From Octopus bimaculoides (Eukaryota), in assembly GCF_001194135.2 (NCBI RefSeq), contig NC_068991.1, positions 24,789,701-24,853,700 on the forward strand: a DNA stretch of 64,000 nucleotides. Direction: 5' to 3'. Each line of letters starts with the position of its first letter. Position 1 is the stretch's first letter. This document shows positions 37,686-50,164 of this stretch, piece by piece. The position numbers and the translations under genes were made by a program. Under the pieces are notes generated by a model. The model made no database searches. It was given only the letters and a program-made list of their open reading frames with translations, and was not told where the DNA came from.

Positions 37686-37979
37686 AACTTCTAGGATGTT
37701 TTCCTTGTTGACTGTTAGTTTTTAACCCTCTTCCTTATTACCTCTTTTTTTCAACAAACACATTCTCTTCCTCTCCCATCATTTCTTTAATTTTAGGGTA
37801 GGAATTAGTTACACTATCCTAAGCACCCCCTCTCCCTTATGCAATTAAACTATTACAGAGAAGTTTGTTATCAGTATACCCCTTTCACTGTATTCTGTAA
37901 GATTAGGCTACTAGTAATCCTTTGAGATCCTACTTTCTAATCTAATCCTTGTTACTTGATGCTATTTTTAAAATCTCTT

Positions 37980-38026
<47 letters not shown>

Positions 38027-38395
38027 AAGATATTTCAATCAGCACAAAAAGAGTCCAGAATTGATATTTATCAGTAAAAAGTTTAGAAACTACAGTTTTG
38101 TGATTCTGATTCTGGATAGCTAGGGTGATCAGATGAACTAAATAAAATGTATATCTGGTATCCAGCTAACATTGTTAAGGATGCTGAACAAACTGGACAT
38201 TTGATTAAGCAATGGATGCCTTGTGCTTGAATTTTCTAGCTTGATTTGTTTGAGATGAGTTCAGGAAAACAAATGCAATTGATTAGCTATCCATGGGGTG
38301 TCTTCCTCTTGTTTATAATGCTATGGAATCTGGGGTAACCCCAAGCTCGAAGCCTGCATNNNNNNNNNNNNNNNNNNNNNNNNNNNNNNNNNNNN

Positions 38396-38430
<35 letters not shown>

Positions 38431-39614
38431 ATCTATATATGTGTATACACACATACAAAGTATTCCTGCCCTTTTAGGTCACAGGTTAATCACTGCTAGG
38501 ATACCTAACTTCTACTTGAATTGTATTTGTACTGTGAATTAATTTTTTTGCTTTTTTCATCATTATATTAATAATGTAAAGATTGAATGGAAATACTCAA
38601 TGTGACCTAACATTTGTTTCCTTCTTTGTTTCCCATCCATTGTTTCCAAAGGGAAAGCTGAGAAAGCTATGAATACCCACAAACTGTTACCTAGTTTAAC
38701 ACAGCCAGTTGGCCTCTGTATGTCTTTAGTGGAATACACTCTGTCACAAGTATTTAAGCCAGGTTTCCACTTTGAGAATACCTAGCTCTTCCTTCCCTCC
38801 AGTCTTGGAGGCTCTGGAAAAGATCATACATATTTCCCTTTCTCTTGACTAAGCACTGAAAACAAAATTATCCCCCACTCAGTCCCAGAAATAATCCTAA
38901 CTTGAGTGTTGAGAAATGATGGTGGTTAAAGTGATAGAAGTGGTGAATCAGTTCTGGGGAGGGGGCTGAATCTTTCTCCCACTAACCCCACAGTTCAGGA
39001 TAGAGAAATTAAGATCAAGGAAGATAACTTAAGTATTTGACAATGTTTTTTTGTGTGTGTGTGTATGTGTGGTTAGCCGTGTGAGTTTATGAATTTCCTT
39101 CCCATACCTCTTATTTCTGTGAACAGTTTGTTTGATATAAAAGAAAATCTGTATCTTTTGTCAACCAAATTTCTCCATTCTTCTGAAGAATCATTCCTCT
39201 ATATTTAATTCATTGAGTTATCTATTATTTCTTTTTTTAATTTTAAATTTACTTTTTTGCATCCAGTGTTTCTATGGCTTTTCTTTGAATAAAACATGGA
39301 AACTGCTTTTAGCATTGTATTAGATAAGCCTACATTGACACTGGGATTTTGTTTTTATTGTATTGTTTTTTTTTCTGTCTCAGTGTGCTCATCTGCAATT
39401 AGCATGCATGAGTATGTGTGCATGGTTAGTGTGCATATTAATGCAGATTTATATTTGCCTTGCAAACAAGCTAGCAATGGATGCATAGCTCTGTGCTGGA
39501 TCACATTGGAAAAATGGAGAAGGTTTCTGGTACCATCATAAAACAAGACCTTCATAGCAATGAGACAAGGCTTATTTTGGAGCTTCATGTCTTTGCTTAA
39601 TTCGACTCATAGTG

Positions 39615-39667
<53 letters not shown>

Positions 39668-39779
39668 CACACACACCATGCAATAATGTACACTACATGA
39701 AACACGACCGTCTCTTATGACTTTGATGTTTATAATGTTGCCTGTTGGCTAACATACCCTTCAAAGGCTGAGCTTTTGA

Positions 39780-41032
39780 ATATTGGTTATATATATATAT
39801 ATATAGATATGCATGTATATTTATCTGTGTGTACGTATATATGCATGTATATTTATGTGTATATATATGCATCTGTATTTATATATATATATATATATAT
39901 GCATCTATGTGCATATATGCATCTATGTATATATATATATTGTATGTATGTAAATATATATGCATGTATATATTTATATATTGTATGTGTGTATGTAAAT
40001 ATATGTATATATTTATATAGTGTATGTGTATGTAAATATATCTGTATGTATATATTTATACATTGTATGCAAATATATATGTATGTATATATTTATATAT
40101 TGTGTGTATGTAAATATATGTATATATTTATATATTGTATGTGTGTATGTATATATGTATATATATGTGTGTGTGTATGTATTTATGTATATGTAAGTAT
40201 GTGTTTGCGTGTGTATGTATATATATATATATATATATATATNNNNNNNNNNNNNNNNNNNNNNNNNNNNNNNNNNNNNNNNNNNNNNNNNNNNNNNNNN
40301 NNNNNNNNNNNNNNNNNNNNNNNNNNNNNNNNNNNNNNNNNNNNNNNNNNNNNNNNNNNNNNNNNNNNNNNNNNNNNNNNNNNNNNNNNNNNNNNNNNNN
40401 NNNNNNNNNNNNNNNNNNNNNNNNNNNNNNNNNNNNNNNNNNNNNNNNNNNNNNNNNNNNNNNNNNNNNNNNNNNNNNNNNNNNNNNNNNNNNNNNNNNN
40501 NNNNNNNNNNNNNNNNNNNNNNNNNNNNNNNNNNNNNNNNNNNNNNNNNNNNNNNNNNNNNNNNNNNNNNNNNNNNNNNNNNNNNNNNNNNNNNNNNNNN
40601 NNNNNNNNNNNNNNNNNNNNNNNNNNNNNNNNNNNNNNNNNNNNNNNNNNNNNNNNNNNNNNNNNNNNNNNNNNNNNNNNNNNNNNNNNNNNNNNNNNNN
40701 NNNNNNNNNNNNNNNNNNNNNNNNNNNNNNNNNNNNNNNNNNNNNNNNNNNNNNNNNNNNNNNNNNNNNNNNNNNNNNNNNNNNNNNNNNNNNNNNNNNN
40801 NNNNNNNNNNNNNNNNNNNNNNNNNNNNNNNNNNNNNNNNNNNNNNNNNNNNNNNNNNNNNNNNNNNNNNNNNNNNNNNNNNNNNNNNNNNNNNNNNNNN
40901 NNNNNNNNNNNNNNNNNNNNNNNNNNNNNNNNNNNNNNNNNNNNNNNNNNNNNNNNNNNNNNNNNNNNNNNNNNNNNNNTGTGTGTGTATATATATATAT
41001 ATGTATGTATATATGAGTGTATGTATATAATA

Positions 41033-41071
<39 letters not shown>

Positions 41072-41210
41072 GAGTGTATGTATATAATATATTTATATAT
41101 ATATGTATGTATATATGAGTGTATGTATATAATATATTTATATATATGTGTATGTATATAATATATTTATATATATATATATATAATGTGTGTGTGTATG
41201 TATACACACA
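39780..41210. repeat. Compound (TA/TG) microsatellite/minisatellite block spanning a 737-nt N-gap
   Basis: Low-complexity ATATATGTATGTGTATG array; a ~40-45-nt unit (ATATATGAGTGTATGTATATAATATATTTAT) repeats three times after the gap. Confidence 0.95.
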
Positions 41211-42682
41211 CATTTTGGCCCATAGATTTTCAGAAATTAGTGAGCAATCCATGTGAGAACTCTGTATTTTTTGTGTGTGTGTCTGTTTAGATTCAACTGA
41301 ATTCACGGTTATATTGATGATCTGCGAATATAATTTTCCAGTCTATTTTTGCACCTATTTAGAATCTATGTTGTATTATTTTATCTTTTTCTCTACTAAT
41401 TCTTTGTCATATTCTCAGTTAATGACTATATGAAATGGGCCACTGTAATTTTCTGTGAATAAATATGTTGTTTTAGTATATGTTCAACCTGAAAAATATC
41501 ATTTTAGTGAATTTGATAATATGAGAAAAATTTCTTTTCATTTGGTACAAAGTCATTGTTTTTATGTGGTAGGGGTATTGCTAATTAAATTAACTTTAGT
41601 TTATTCATGGTATGTATTTTATCAGATCAAACATTTATAAAAGATGAAGTTGGTCTTGGCAGTTTTTGATCTCAGGAAGTACAATAACAAAATATAATAC
41701 TGAGAAGTGTTTAATCCAGTACTCTACCATTGTTGCTCATTCTTCCCTTAAATTGAAATCTTCTGGAATTATATCCAGGACCATTGGAAGAAATAGTTTG
41801 CTTACTTATTGTTTAGTTTTTACTTAGTCTGAATATGCTATTGTTGACTAACTAAAATACTTGATCATATTCATACAGTCCATAAGACTGAATGCTGGTC
41901 ATTTGTCAATAGTATCCACTGCTTTTTGTCATACATATATTTAGCTGTCACTGCCAGATGTTATCTGTCACATGCTAAGAATTTAGGACAGTGATTTTAA
42001 TCCCATTAAAATTCCATATGAACGTGTGGTCAAGTTGTATGATTATGTGTTGGATGATTATATCATCATCATTTTAGCATCCGCTTTTCCATGCTTGCAT
42101 GAGTCAAATTGAAATTTGTTGGGACAAATTTTCTATTGCCAGATGCACTTCCTTTGGTAATCCACTCCTGTTTCCAAGTGCTCTAGCCAGTCAAACATGA
42201 ACAGCACAAAGGTTGAACACGTTTTCATGGAAGATTACAGACAAATGACACTGCTTGTATAATGGCCACTTTCATTTAAAATTAGCACATGACGTGATAA
42301 GGAGAGACACACACACACACACACAGAGGAATCCTCTGTATTATGAAAGTAATGTGTTCCTGAAACACCTGACATATCACAAAATCAATAATACAAGCTT
42401 TAGTTTCCCATTGATTTCCATATAAAGTGATAATGCTTTCTGACGGAATTTTTATGAAAATAAAACAAAAACCAACATGATCACTTTTATGCATGAAAAT
42501 AACAGTCATAGTACAATATGTATATATAAAAAACACTTGAAGAGAAATATGTTAGGGAATAAATAATAATTGTAATATTATTATAGGGTATGTTCTTACC
42601 ACAAAAGTTGTTGATATGTTGACTAGTGTGTGAGGGATGGTGGTGGGACAAGAGATAATGAGAGGATGAGGGACATTATTTT

Positions 42683-43085
42683 CTATGCCATAAAGTTATC
42701 AACATCTACTTGAGAGGCAAAGGAGTTATCCAAAATTGTTTGGTGTTTATGGCACATGATTTCTTTGTATAACTTGATGTAAGAATGGAGTTCTTTGTAA
42801 ACTCTGCTTGTAATTTTTAGGTTACATACACAAATAGGGTTGTTGGCAAAAATTTGCAGACTTTCCTCTCTAAGTGCCAACCCTTTACTAATATTCCTTG
42901 CAGTCAATTTAAGTGGATTTGGTGGAATTTCTGTATTCTCAGCTTTCTCTTGTTCTTACACTATCAGCTCTTCATTATATAAACTTTCTATGTTGGACAC
43001 AAGCAATTCAACCATATCAACGTCTATAACTTCTTCAAACCTTACATTATTTACAAGTGTCACAATATCTTTCCAAATTTGATGT
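42683..43085 (-). mobile_element. Tigger/pogo transposase C-terminal relic
   Basis: QIWKDIVTLVNNVRFEEVIDVDMVELLVSNIESLYNEELIV*EQE...LTARNISKGLALREESLQIFANN...YKELHSYIKLYKEIMCHKHQTILDNSF, typical of the pogo/TIGD C-terminus. Confidence 0.7.
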
Positions 43086-46000
43086 AGACTTTTTGCTTGT
43101 GGAAAACTTGTAAAGTCATAGTTACAGTCTGGTCATATATTTTTTCACATACTCACACATATGCATATGACAAACTTCTTTCAGTTTCTGCCTAACAAAT
43201 CCACTCAAGGCTTCAGCTGGCTTTGGGTTATAGAAGATATTACCCAAAGTGGCTACACTGTAGGACTGAACCATTTTGTAGGGAAGTAAGCTTCTTAGCC
43301 ATGCAGCTATGCTTGCACCTAAGCACGAGATTTTAAAATCAAGGTAGGAAATATGATGTAGTAATTTCTAACATGGGTATAAAGCCACAATTCTGGAGGA
43401 CAGATCAGTTAAAACATCAACCAAAGTACTTTACTACTACTTTATTTTACCATTTTGTAGAAGGAAGAAAGTCAAATGTAATCTCAAGGGAAACAAAATG
43501 GGAGCGTGTGTGGGGGTGAGCACATATTTTGTCAGACAAATGATTCTGCCAATCCTTTTTTTATTTAAATATGACAATAATAATTATAATAATAATAGTT
43601 GGGTTTTAAAGGAAAGAAACAGTATTTTAAGTAATGATGATGAATATGATAAAAAAAGATTTGTTAATAATGATGCTTGCTAACAATAGTGATAATGATG
43701 ATGGTTGTGAGAATTGATAATGATTGAAATAATGATTAAATTGATAATGACTGTATCCTAACATGGTCACACTCTAGCTGAAACAAGCAAAAGTAAAAAA
43801 AAACTATAAATGATTACAAGGTAAAATAATTTTTCATCCACTCAATTTCACTTATTCTTTGTCCCTTCACCCACCTCAATAAATCTGTAGAAATTCTTTC
43901 CCTTTAGAAGTGAACTGTCCAAGTATATAATAATACTGCACCATGCTAACTTCTCCCTCATTGTGGATCCCAATTAACAAAGCTGTCTAGCTTTCAACTG
44001 AAGATAAAAATGATTGCCCAAATATTAACAGCTGTATCGTTATTTATAACAAAAGATTTGTGTCACAGTTTAGTATTCCTTTTTCTTCCTCTCTCTCCTA
44101 ACCTATTTAGTTTTATCACATACTATCTTGTATTAACACACATTTGTTCTTTCTCATATATCCACTCTCTAACCCACAACCGATTCTCTCTTTATTTTTT
44201 TCTCCCACTTTATTTTATTTTCTGCATTGCATTCTTTTTGTTTATTTACTCACTCTTTATTTTCTCCCTAATTTTGCATCTACTCTCTTTCTTCTCCATC
44301 TGAATAATTTTGCCCTTCCAGCACTCCCCCCCCCTTTATTCTTTGTTATGCTATCAGACCTACAATAGTTGAGAAGTTTGGTGCTATCAACATTATGTAA
44401 TCTACACTCAAAAAAATATTCCTGTCAAATGTTGAAAACTTATGTGGAAACAAACTCAGGGAAGGGAGTTATTAACATACTTGTTCTGTGCTCTCGAAAA
44501 AGTATCTCTGCAAAATTTTATTAAAATATTCAAGCCTATTGCAAACAAAATGATATTAGCAGCTGATTAACAGAAGTCAAAGTGAAGTCCTAAACTTAAA
44601 GATCAGCCAATTCCCTTCAAGATTACTGTATACAGAAAAACTAAAACGACAGGACAGTTTGCAAGGTTGTTTTGAAAACTTTTTCTATCACAATGTGAAC
44701 TCAAATATCAAATGTCAGGCATACTTTGCTATCCTATCCATCTTTAGTTACCTTATAATATCCAACAAGTTAAACTATACTGACAGATCGTTGACCAACT
44801 CCAAGGGAAATAAATTGAAGAACAGTAATTTACTAAAATTTATTTTTCTCAGAAAATCATAATCAATGAACAGCTGGTAAACAATAAATAAAATTTAGAA
44901 GCCCATTGACAGGACAGTTTCAATGATGAAGAATACTTTGGAAAGAGTTGAGAAAAGAGGATCCAGTGAGAGCTGATTGGTATGTGCTTAAGTCAGAGAG
45001 GGGGGGTATATGGTGTGATACCAATAGCATAGTGATAGTTATCCTGGAAATGGAAGTTGAGGTAGAGGATGCATCCTGGTTTAAAAAAGATGACTACAAC
45101 CATATCAATGTAGCTGAAATGGATATTATGTTCAAGGGAATAAATTTAGCTTTGGAGTTGGGGTTGTGTGATGTCTAAATTCAAACTGATTCAGCTACTT
45201 TGTTTTGGTAGTAACTACCTGTGAAAAGAGAATCCAAACCAAGGGAGTTACAGTGATTATTGTCAAGTGATGCCTGGGGATCTTAGTAGGAGAATTAATA
45301 AAAAAGTGATCTGCAGCTGCAAGTAGTCCTTGTTCTCTCAGAGAAAATAAGGTGAATGTTCTTACTAGGGCAAGAAATACCTGGATTGGGGTTCCAGAGG
45401 ATTTAGGGTGGGGGGACTGATTATAGTATGCTAGCAGGTGGATAGAACATTATTTTTGACCAGAAAGGTTGACATCAATGCCACTAGGGAAGTCTAGAAG
45501 CAGTGACAGTCGATTGACCTCACTCCAAGTGTGCATGAGATTTGAAGGTGAAGCAGTTGATAGTGGATATGACACTATCAGCAAGAGTTGTGCCTCACCA
45601 TGATTGACTGTGGGTCTGGGCAAGTAGCAATATAAAGTGTAAGGTAGAGGCTGCAGCTGAAATTACTAGAGTTCTGAATGAGATACTTTTCGAGAATGGG
45701 TTTCAATAGATGGGCTGCTGGTGGACAATGTTCCTGCATTTCTTTCAGAGATGCTGGGCAAGTGAAAGGTCAGACATTACTTTAGAGTTGCATATAGGTC
45801 AGGCAGAAAGGGAATCATTGAGAGACACCATCGAACAATCAAAGCCATTGTCAAAACAGTGTATTTCCCTGATAGAGGCAGTTTTCTGGTACATGTCACC
45901 TTGATCGGGCCAGGCAGAGGAGTTGATACCCCAGAGAGCTGTGTTCTAGCATGAGTGGTACTGTACCACTCATCTAAGTACAGTACCACTCATCTAAGTA

Positions 46001-47364
46001 CAGTACCAGCAGGTATTGCAGGAGAGGAAGGTCTTGCATTTGTTAAGATCAAACATGAAGTTAACATCAGTCATCCTTCCTTACCCCCATGAGGACACCA
46101 TCCCTGTAGAAGAAGGGAAGAGTAACTGATGCTAATTCTCAGAATAACATTTCTGTTGAGAGGATTTGTGTCACATACTGGATATCCATAAAGTAATCAG
46201 TACATTAGATGATGAAGCTAATGATGACAGATGAGAAGAATCCAAGACCAGTACTGCATTCTGTGAAAGTTACAGAGGGAGTGGCATCTACCTTTCTGGA
46301 TGAGTGACAATGAGATATTATGAGGGAAGAGGGGTTTAGGCTAGATGTTTCACTTGTAAATAGATAGCAATAAGCTGGGAGGAGGTGGGCATGTTTAGTT
46401 GTTTGTAGATTTTCCAGGTGTGTGTGTGGCAGTTTTTAGTGCATGAAGTAATCTTAAGTTCAGAGAGGCATGTGATGTTATGAGATAGTGGATGAGATGG
46501 AGAATGGTGATATCAGTTGTATGTAAGGGACCTTTTTTGTTGTTGCTGGAAACAGGTGTTGCCAGTGAATGGCCTTTGTGTGCAGCAGACTTCTTTTGCA
46601 ATGTAACCTGGTGCCTCTTTCTCCTGTGGTTAAAGTAAGGGCAAATTGCTTTTTTTTTGTTCACCTAATTCCCACCTACAATTTTATATTCCATACATGT
46701 GTAATATAGTTATAGCACCTATTACCAACAATATATCGTAACTTATCATCTGTGTAAATTTGATTAAATGTGCAAGTGAATCCAATCATCAAGGTCATCA
46801 ACAACGAAGCAGAATTGAAGCAGTTATGTCAATAAAAAGACAGAAACGTAAGCCCCTATTTAACTATTTTATGATTTCCAGAATCCCAAACTCAGCACCT
46901 ACCACTGAGGAAGCACAGTGTGCTGAAATCACATGATCTGATGGTTCTAGCATCCATTCCAGATAATTCTCCTCTGCTACAATATGTGTACTTTTAAGTA
47001 TCATGTACCTACTTGAGAGGTACTCCCAGGGTGAATGCTGTAGAATCCCAAAAGGTTGCTTGATATGTCCTCTTCTACTAGTCCTATTAAATGCCGATAT
47101 GACTTTGTTAATAACTGTTAATTTACATAGAGATAACCAGAAGCAGAACAGGGAAGAAAATTTCCCTTAAATAACACACTACTGTCTCAAAGGACACATT
47201 AAATAAAGTAATTATACATAGCCTTGCCTTTGATAATGTCTACTTTATCAGAGTTGATCTGGGGCTTGAGATGAAGTGGAGAATAGCATTTAGTTAGGTA
47301 TTTGAATTGTGTACATTTTTCTACATCCAATGGCAATAAGTCACTGGTGAAGGACATGGCATAT

Positions 47365-47970
47365 TGTTACGTCCTTGATGATACGCCACGTCCTCGACGA
47401 CATGCCACGTCCTCGACGACATGCCACGTCCTTGACAATACACTGAGTCTTTGGCCAGTTATGAGTGGTGCCTGAAGGATGAAGGGTCTTCACATGTAAT
47501 CTCATGGAAGACCATAGAAAACCCAGGTCCCTACATCAATGGAAGCAAGCATTGGAAGTTATGCATAGCTGAATGAGCGAGAATATTAAAGAACTCCCTT
47601 GACCCGAGAACTTCTTAAATTCCAGGACGTTTTTGGACCTGCTTACACTTCAGAAGATTCCTACTGAAGTTCTGGGACTCACAAGCTGACCAGGTTGATT
47701 TAAGAAAGCGGTCTAGGGGAGACGATCTCTTCCACTTAACCCTTCTCCTTTATCCGTGTGTTCAGCACCTATCTCTTCTTTCTTCTCGTTGGAGAGAGGT
47801 TATACGCCATCGGTAATTAGGGTCTGAGAAGACGCTGTAAAGCCATGTGCTTTATGGACGTGAAACCCAGGGTAACTCTATAGGCCGGCCATAACTATCT
47901 TTATTTAATTACTCTACTGCTCTATAGCTTAGAGTGTGCTTTTCTTTCGGCTTTATGATTCACTGCTTAT
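47365..47970. mobile_element. Possible solo-LTR-like element upstream of EFCAB11
   Basis: Starts TGTTACG, contains four 19-bp tandem units, is CpG-richer than the flanks and has AATAAA on the minus strand near 47900; no confirmed TSD. Confidence 0.35.
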
Positions 47971-48379
47971 ATATATATGTATATATGTGGGGGGGGGGTG
48001 TCCCCCACTATCGCTTGGCAATCGGTGTTGGTGTGTTTGTGTCCCCGTAACCTAGCGGTTTGGCAGAAAAATCTGATAGAATAAGTACTAGGCTTTTAAA
48101 AAATAAATCCTGGGGTGGTTTTGTTCGACTAAAGCCCCTCAAAGCGGTGCTCCAGCATGGCCGCAGTCAAATGACTGAAACAAGTAAAAGATAAAAGCTA
48201 TGAGAAACCTCGAGAACAGTTCTTTACGTAACCAGTTATACCCGATTTACTAGATGAGTTCTCTCCCTTGAAAGTTCGCACGAGCAAAATTATCTCATTT
48301 ACAACACAAAGAAAGCTAATAATCAAATATTTGATTATTTTCCTTTCCCCGATTCGTTTTTCTTTTATTACTCAGATAC

Positions 48380-48475
48380 ATGGATGTTTCACGGGACTTT
48401 ACCTTAGCACCTAACACAGGTTATCGATTAATAAAACGAACATTACAAGCCGAAGATATTTGTTTACTGCGTAAT
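48380..48475 (+). CDS. EFCAB11: EF-hand calcium-binding domain protein 11, probable first coding exon
   Basis: ATG...MDVSRDFTLAPNTGYRLIKRTLQAEDICLLRN|gtaagt, 96 nt, phase 0 matching the next exon, in a CpG-richer region. Weak sequence conservation, so assigned by phase and position. Confidence 0.62.
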
Positions 48476-48479
48476 GTAA

Positions 48480-48493
48480 GTATCCATAGTAAC
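48480..48493. promoter_or_regulatory. Candidate RFX X-box at the start of EFCAB11 intron 1
   Basis: GTATCCATAGTAAC fits GTHNYY-AT-RRNAAC. Confidence 0.5.
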
Positions 48494-48989
48494 AGTTGGT
48501 AAAATTCCAACGAGGAATCTGTTAAGTGCTTACTATTTCTGTGGGAATCTTTTGAAATCCAACTTTTATTTGTACCAAAATATATACAAATTTATAAACT
48601 TTCAGGGTTGTTTATATCACGATTTTTCAAAATTGTGCAACAAGTGTTAAATAAACAGGTGAAGGTAACAAGTAGAGGCGAAAATGATGAAGCTTCGTCC
48701 TTTTAATTCTGTCATTNNNNNNNNNNNNNNNNNNNNNNNNNNNNNNNNNNNNNNNNNNNNNNNNNNNNNNNNNNNNNNNNNNNNNNNNNNNNNNNNNNNN
48801 NNNNNNNNNNNNNNNNNNNNNNNNNNNNNNNNNNNNNNNNNNNNNNNNNNNNNNNNNNNNNNNNNNNNNNNNNNNNNNNNNNNNNNNNNNNNNNNNNNNN
48901 NNNNNNNNNNNNNNNNNNNNNNNNNNNNNNATATTTTAATTAAATTTTCTATAAATATGCTTCAGATTGTATAGATTTCGATTATATCG

Positions 48990-49480
48990 GAATTTGTTGT
49001 GAAAACTTTTTCTGTGGGTGGAAAGAGGATTTACAGAAAATTCACTCAAGTTGGCTTTGTTTCCTTATAACTTTCAGAAAAAGGGATATTTTTTAATGAA
49101 ATTATATATGCGTGAACACACTGACAATTTTTTTCGAAATTTCAAGTTTCATTTTGTAGATGTATGTGACGTGTGTCACTATGTATGTGTACGAGCCCTC
49201 CAATTTTTTTCTTATTAAATTCCGATATAACCGTAATCTGCTCACTGAAATGTATTTATAGAAAATTTCATTAAAAAATTACCATTTTTTTCCTGAAAGT
49301 TATGAGTAAAGAAAGCCGTCTCGTTTGAATTTTCCGAAACTCCTCACCCAACCCCCAGAAAAAACTTTTTCACCACATTTTCCTATATAATTAGTATGTA
49401 CACCAACTGAAGCACATTTTTGGAAAATTTCATTAAAAAATATCCATTTTCCTAGAAGTTATGAGGCAACAAATCGGTGG
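48990..49480. repeat. Diverged copies of the same ~157-bp family in mixed orientation in EFCAB11 intron 1
   Basis: ...GAAAATTCAC...TATAACTTTCAGAAAAAGGGATATTTTTTAATGAAATT (plus) and AATTTCATTAAAAAAT...TTTCCTGAAAGTTATGAG (twice, minus). Confidence 0.65.
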
Positions 49481-49795
49481 GGTACACATGTGGAGGTATG
49501 CCATGTTATACAAACTGGATAAATAAAACTCAAGTACACTCATGTGAGTGTATTTATTTTTAGTTGGCAGGAGACGCAAAGAAACTCAAGGGCTGAGAGT
49601 TTCGGGCTTACCTCAAATTCCTAGTTATTTAGTTATTTTGTAGCTGCCGCCTATTATAAATGATTATAAGCTCTGTCTGAAGAGAATCAAAAGACAATTT
49701 ACCTACCAGCAATTTTAAGTCTCTATTTGTTATCTTGTTGTTTCTTTAATTATAGTCTAAAATAATTTATAATTTTGCATTTTGTTTCCCTACAG

Positions 49796-49891
49796 GTATT
49801 TAAAGAATTTGATGAAGGCAATAAAGGGTATTTATCTCGAGAAGATATAAAAATGAGCATTCTATGTCTTTTTGGATACAAACCCTCGAAG
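49796..49891 (+). CDS. EFCAB11: EFCAB11 exon 2 (EF-hand 1)
   Basis: ccctacag|VFKEFDEGNKGYLSREDIKMSILCLFGYKPSK|gtgatt; matches the EFCAB11 motif KGYLSRED...LFGYKPSK. Confidence 0.92.
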
Positions 49892-50150
49892 GTGATTTTT
49901 AAAATTAATTCTTAACATTTAAAATTAATTCTAAACTATTAGTCTTGGAATCTTTTCCTTTTGGCTGCTGGCATCAATTTCTGTTTGAATTGATTTCACA
50001 TTCAGTGTAATGATATACTTTTATAGGCTGATGAATGACATGAAAATCATTTTTGCTATAAATCAATAAATAAAGAGTTATTAGCTATTTAAAGTTTTTT
50101 AAAATTTGGGTAATTTTAGCCAATCATAAGCCACAGACACATTCATACCT

Positions 50151-50164
50151 GTTTCCATAGTAAC
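50151..50164. promoter_or_regulatory. Second candidate RFX X-box in EFCAB11 intron 2
   Basis: GTTTCCATAGTAAC fits GTHNYY-AT-RRNAAC; may belong to a transposon relic. Confidence 0.35.

Noticed and set aside
44880-46680. Possible decayed CR1/L2-type LINE (related scraps at ~18310-18530 and ~38670-38900), with a 21-bp tandem duplication near 45960
   Set aside because: Composition suggests a retrotransposon relic, but I could not recover diagnostic RT or endonuclease motifs; needs a BLASTx/HMM search.
47366-47441. 19-bp direct repeats considered as a CRISPR array
   Set aside because: The units are contiguous with no spacers, and the context is eukaryotic with no cas genes.
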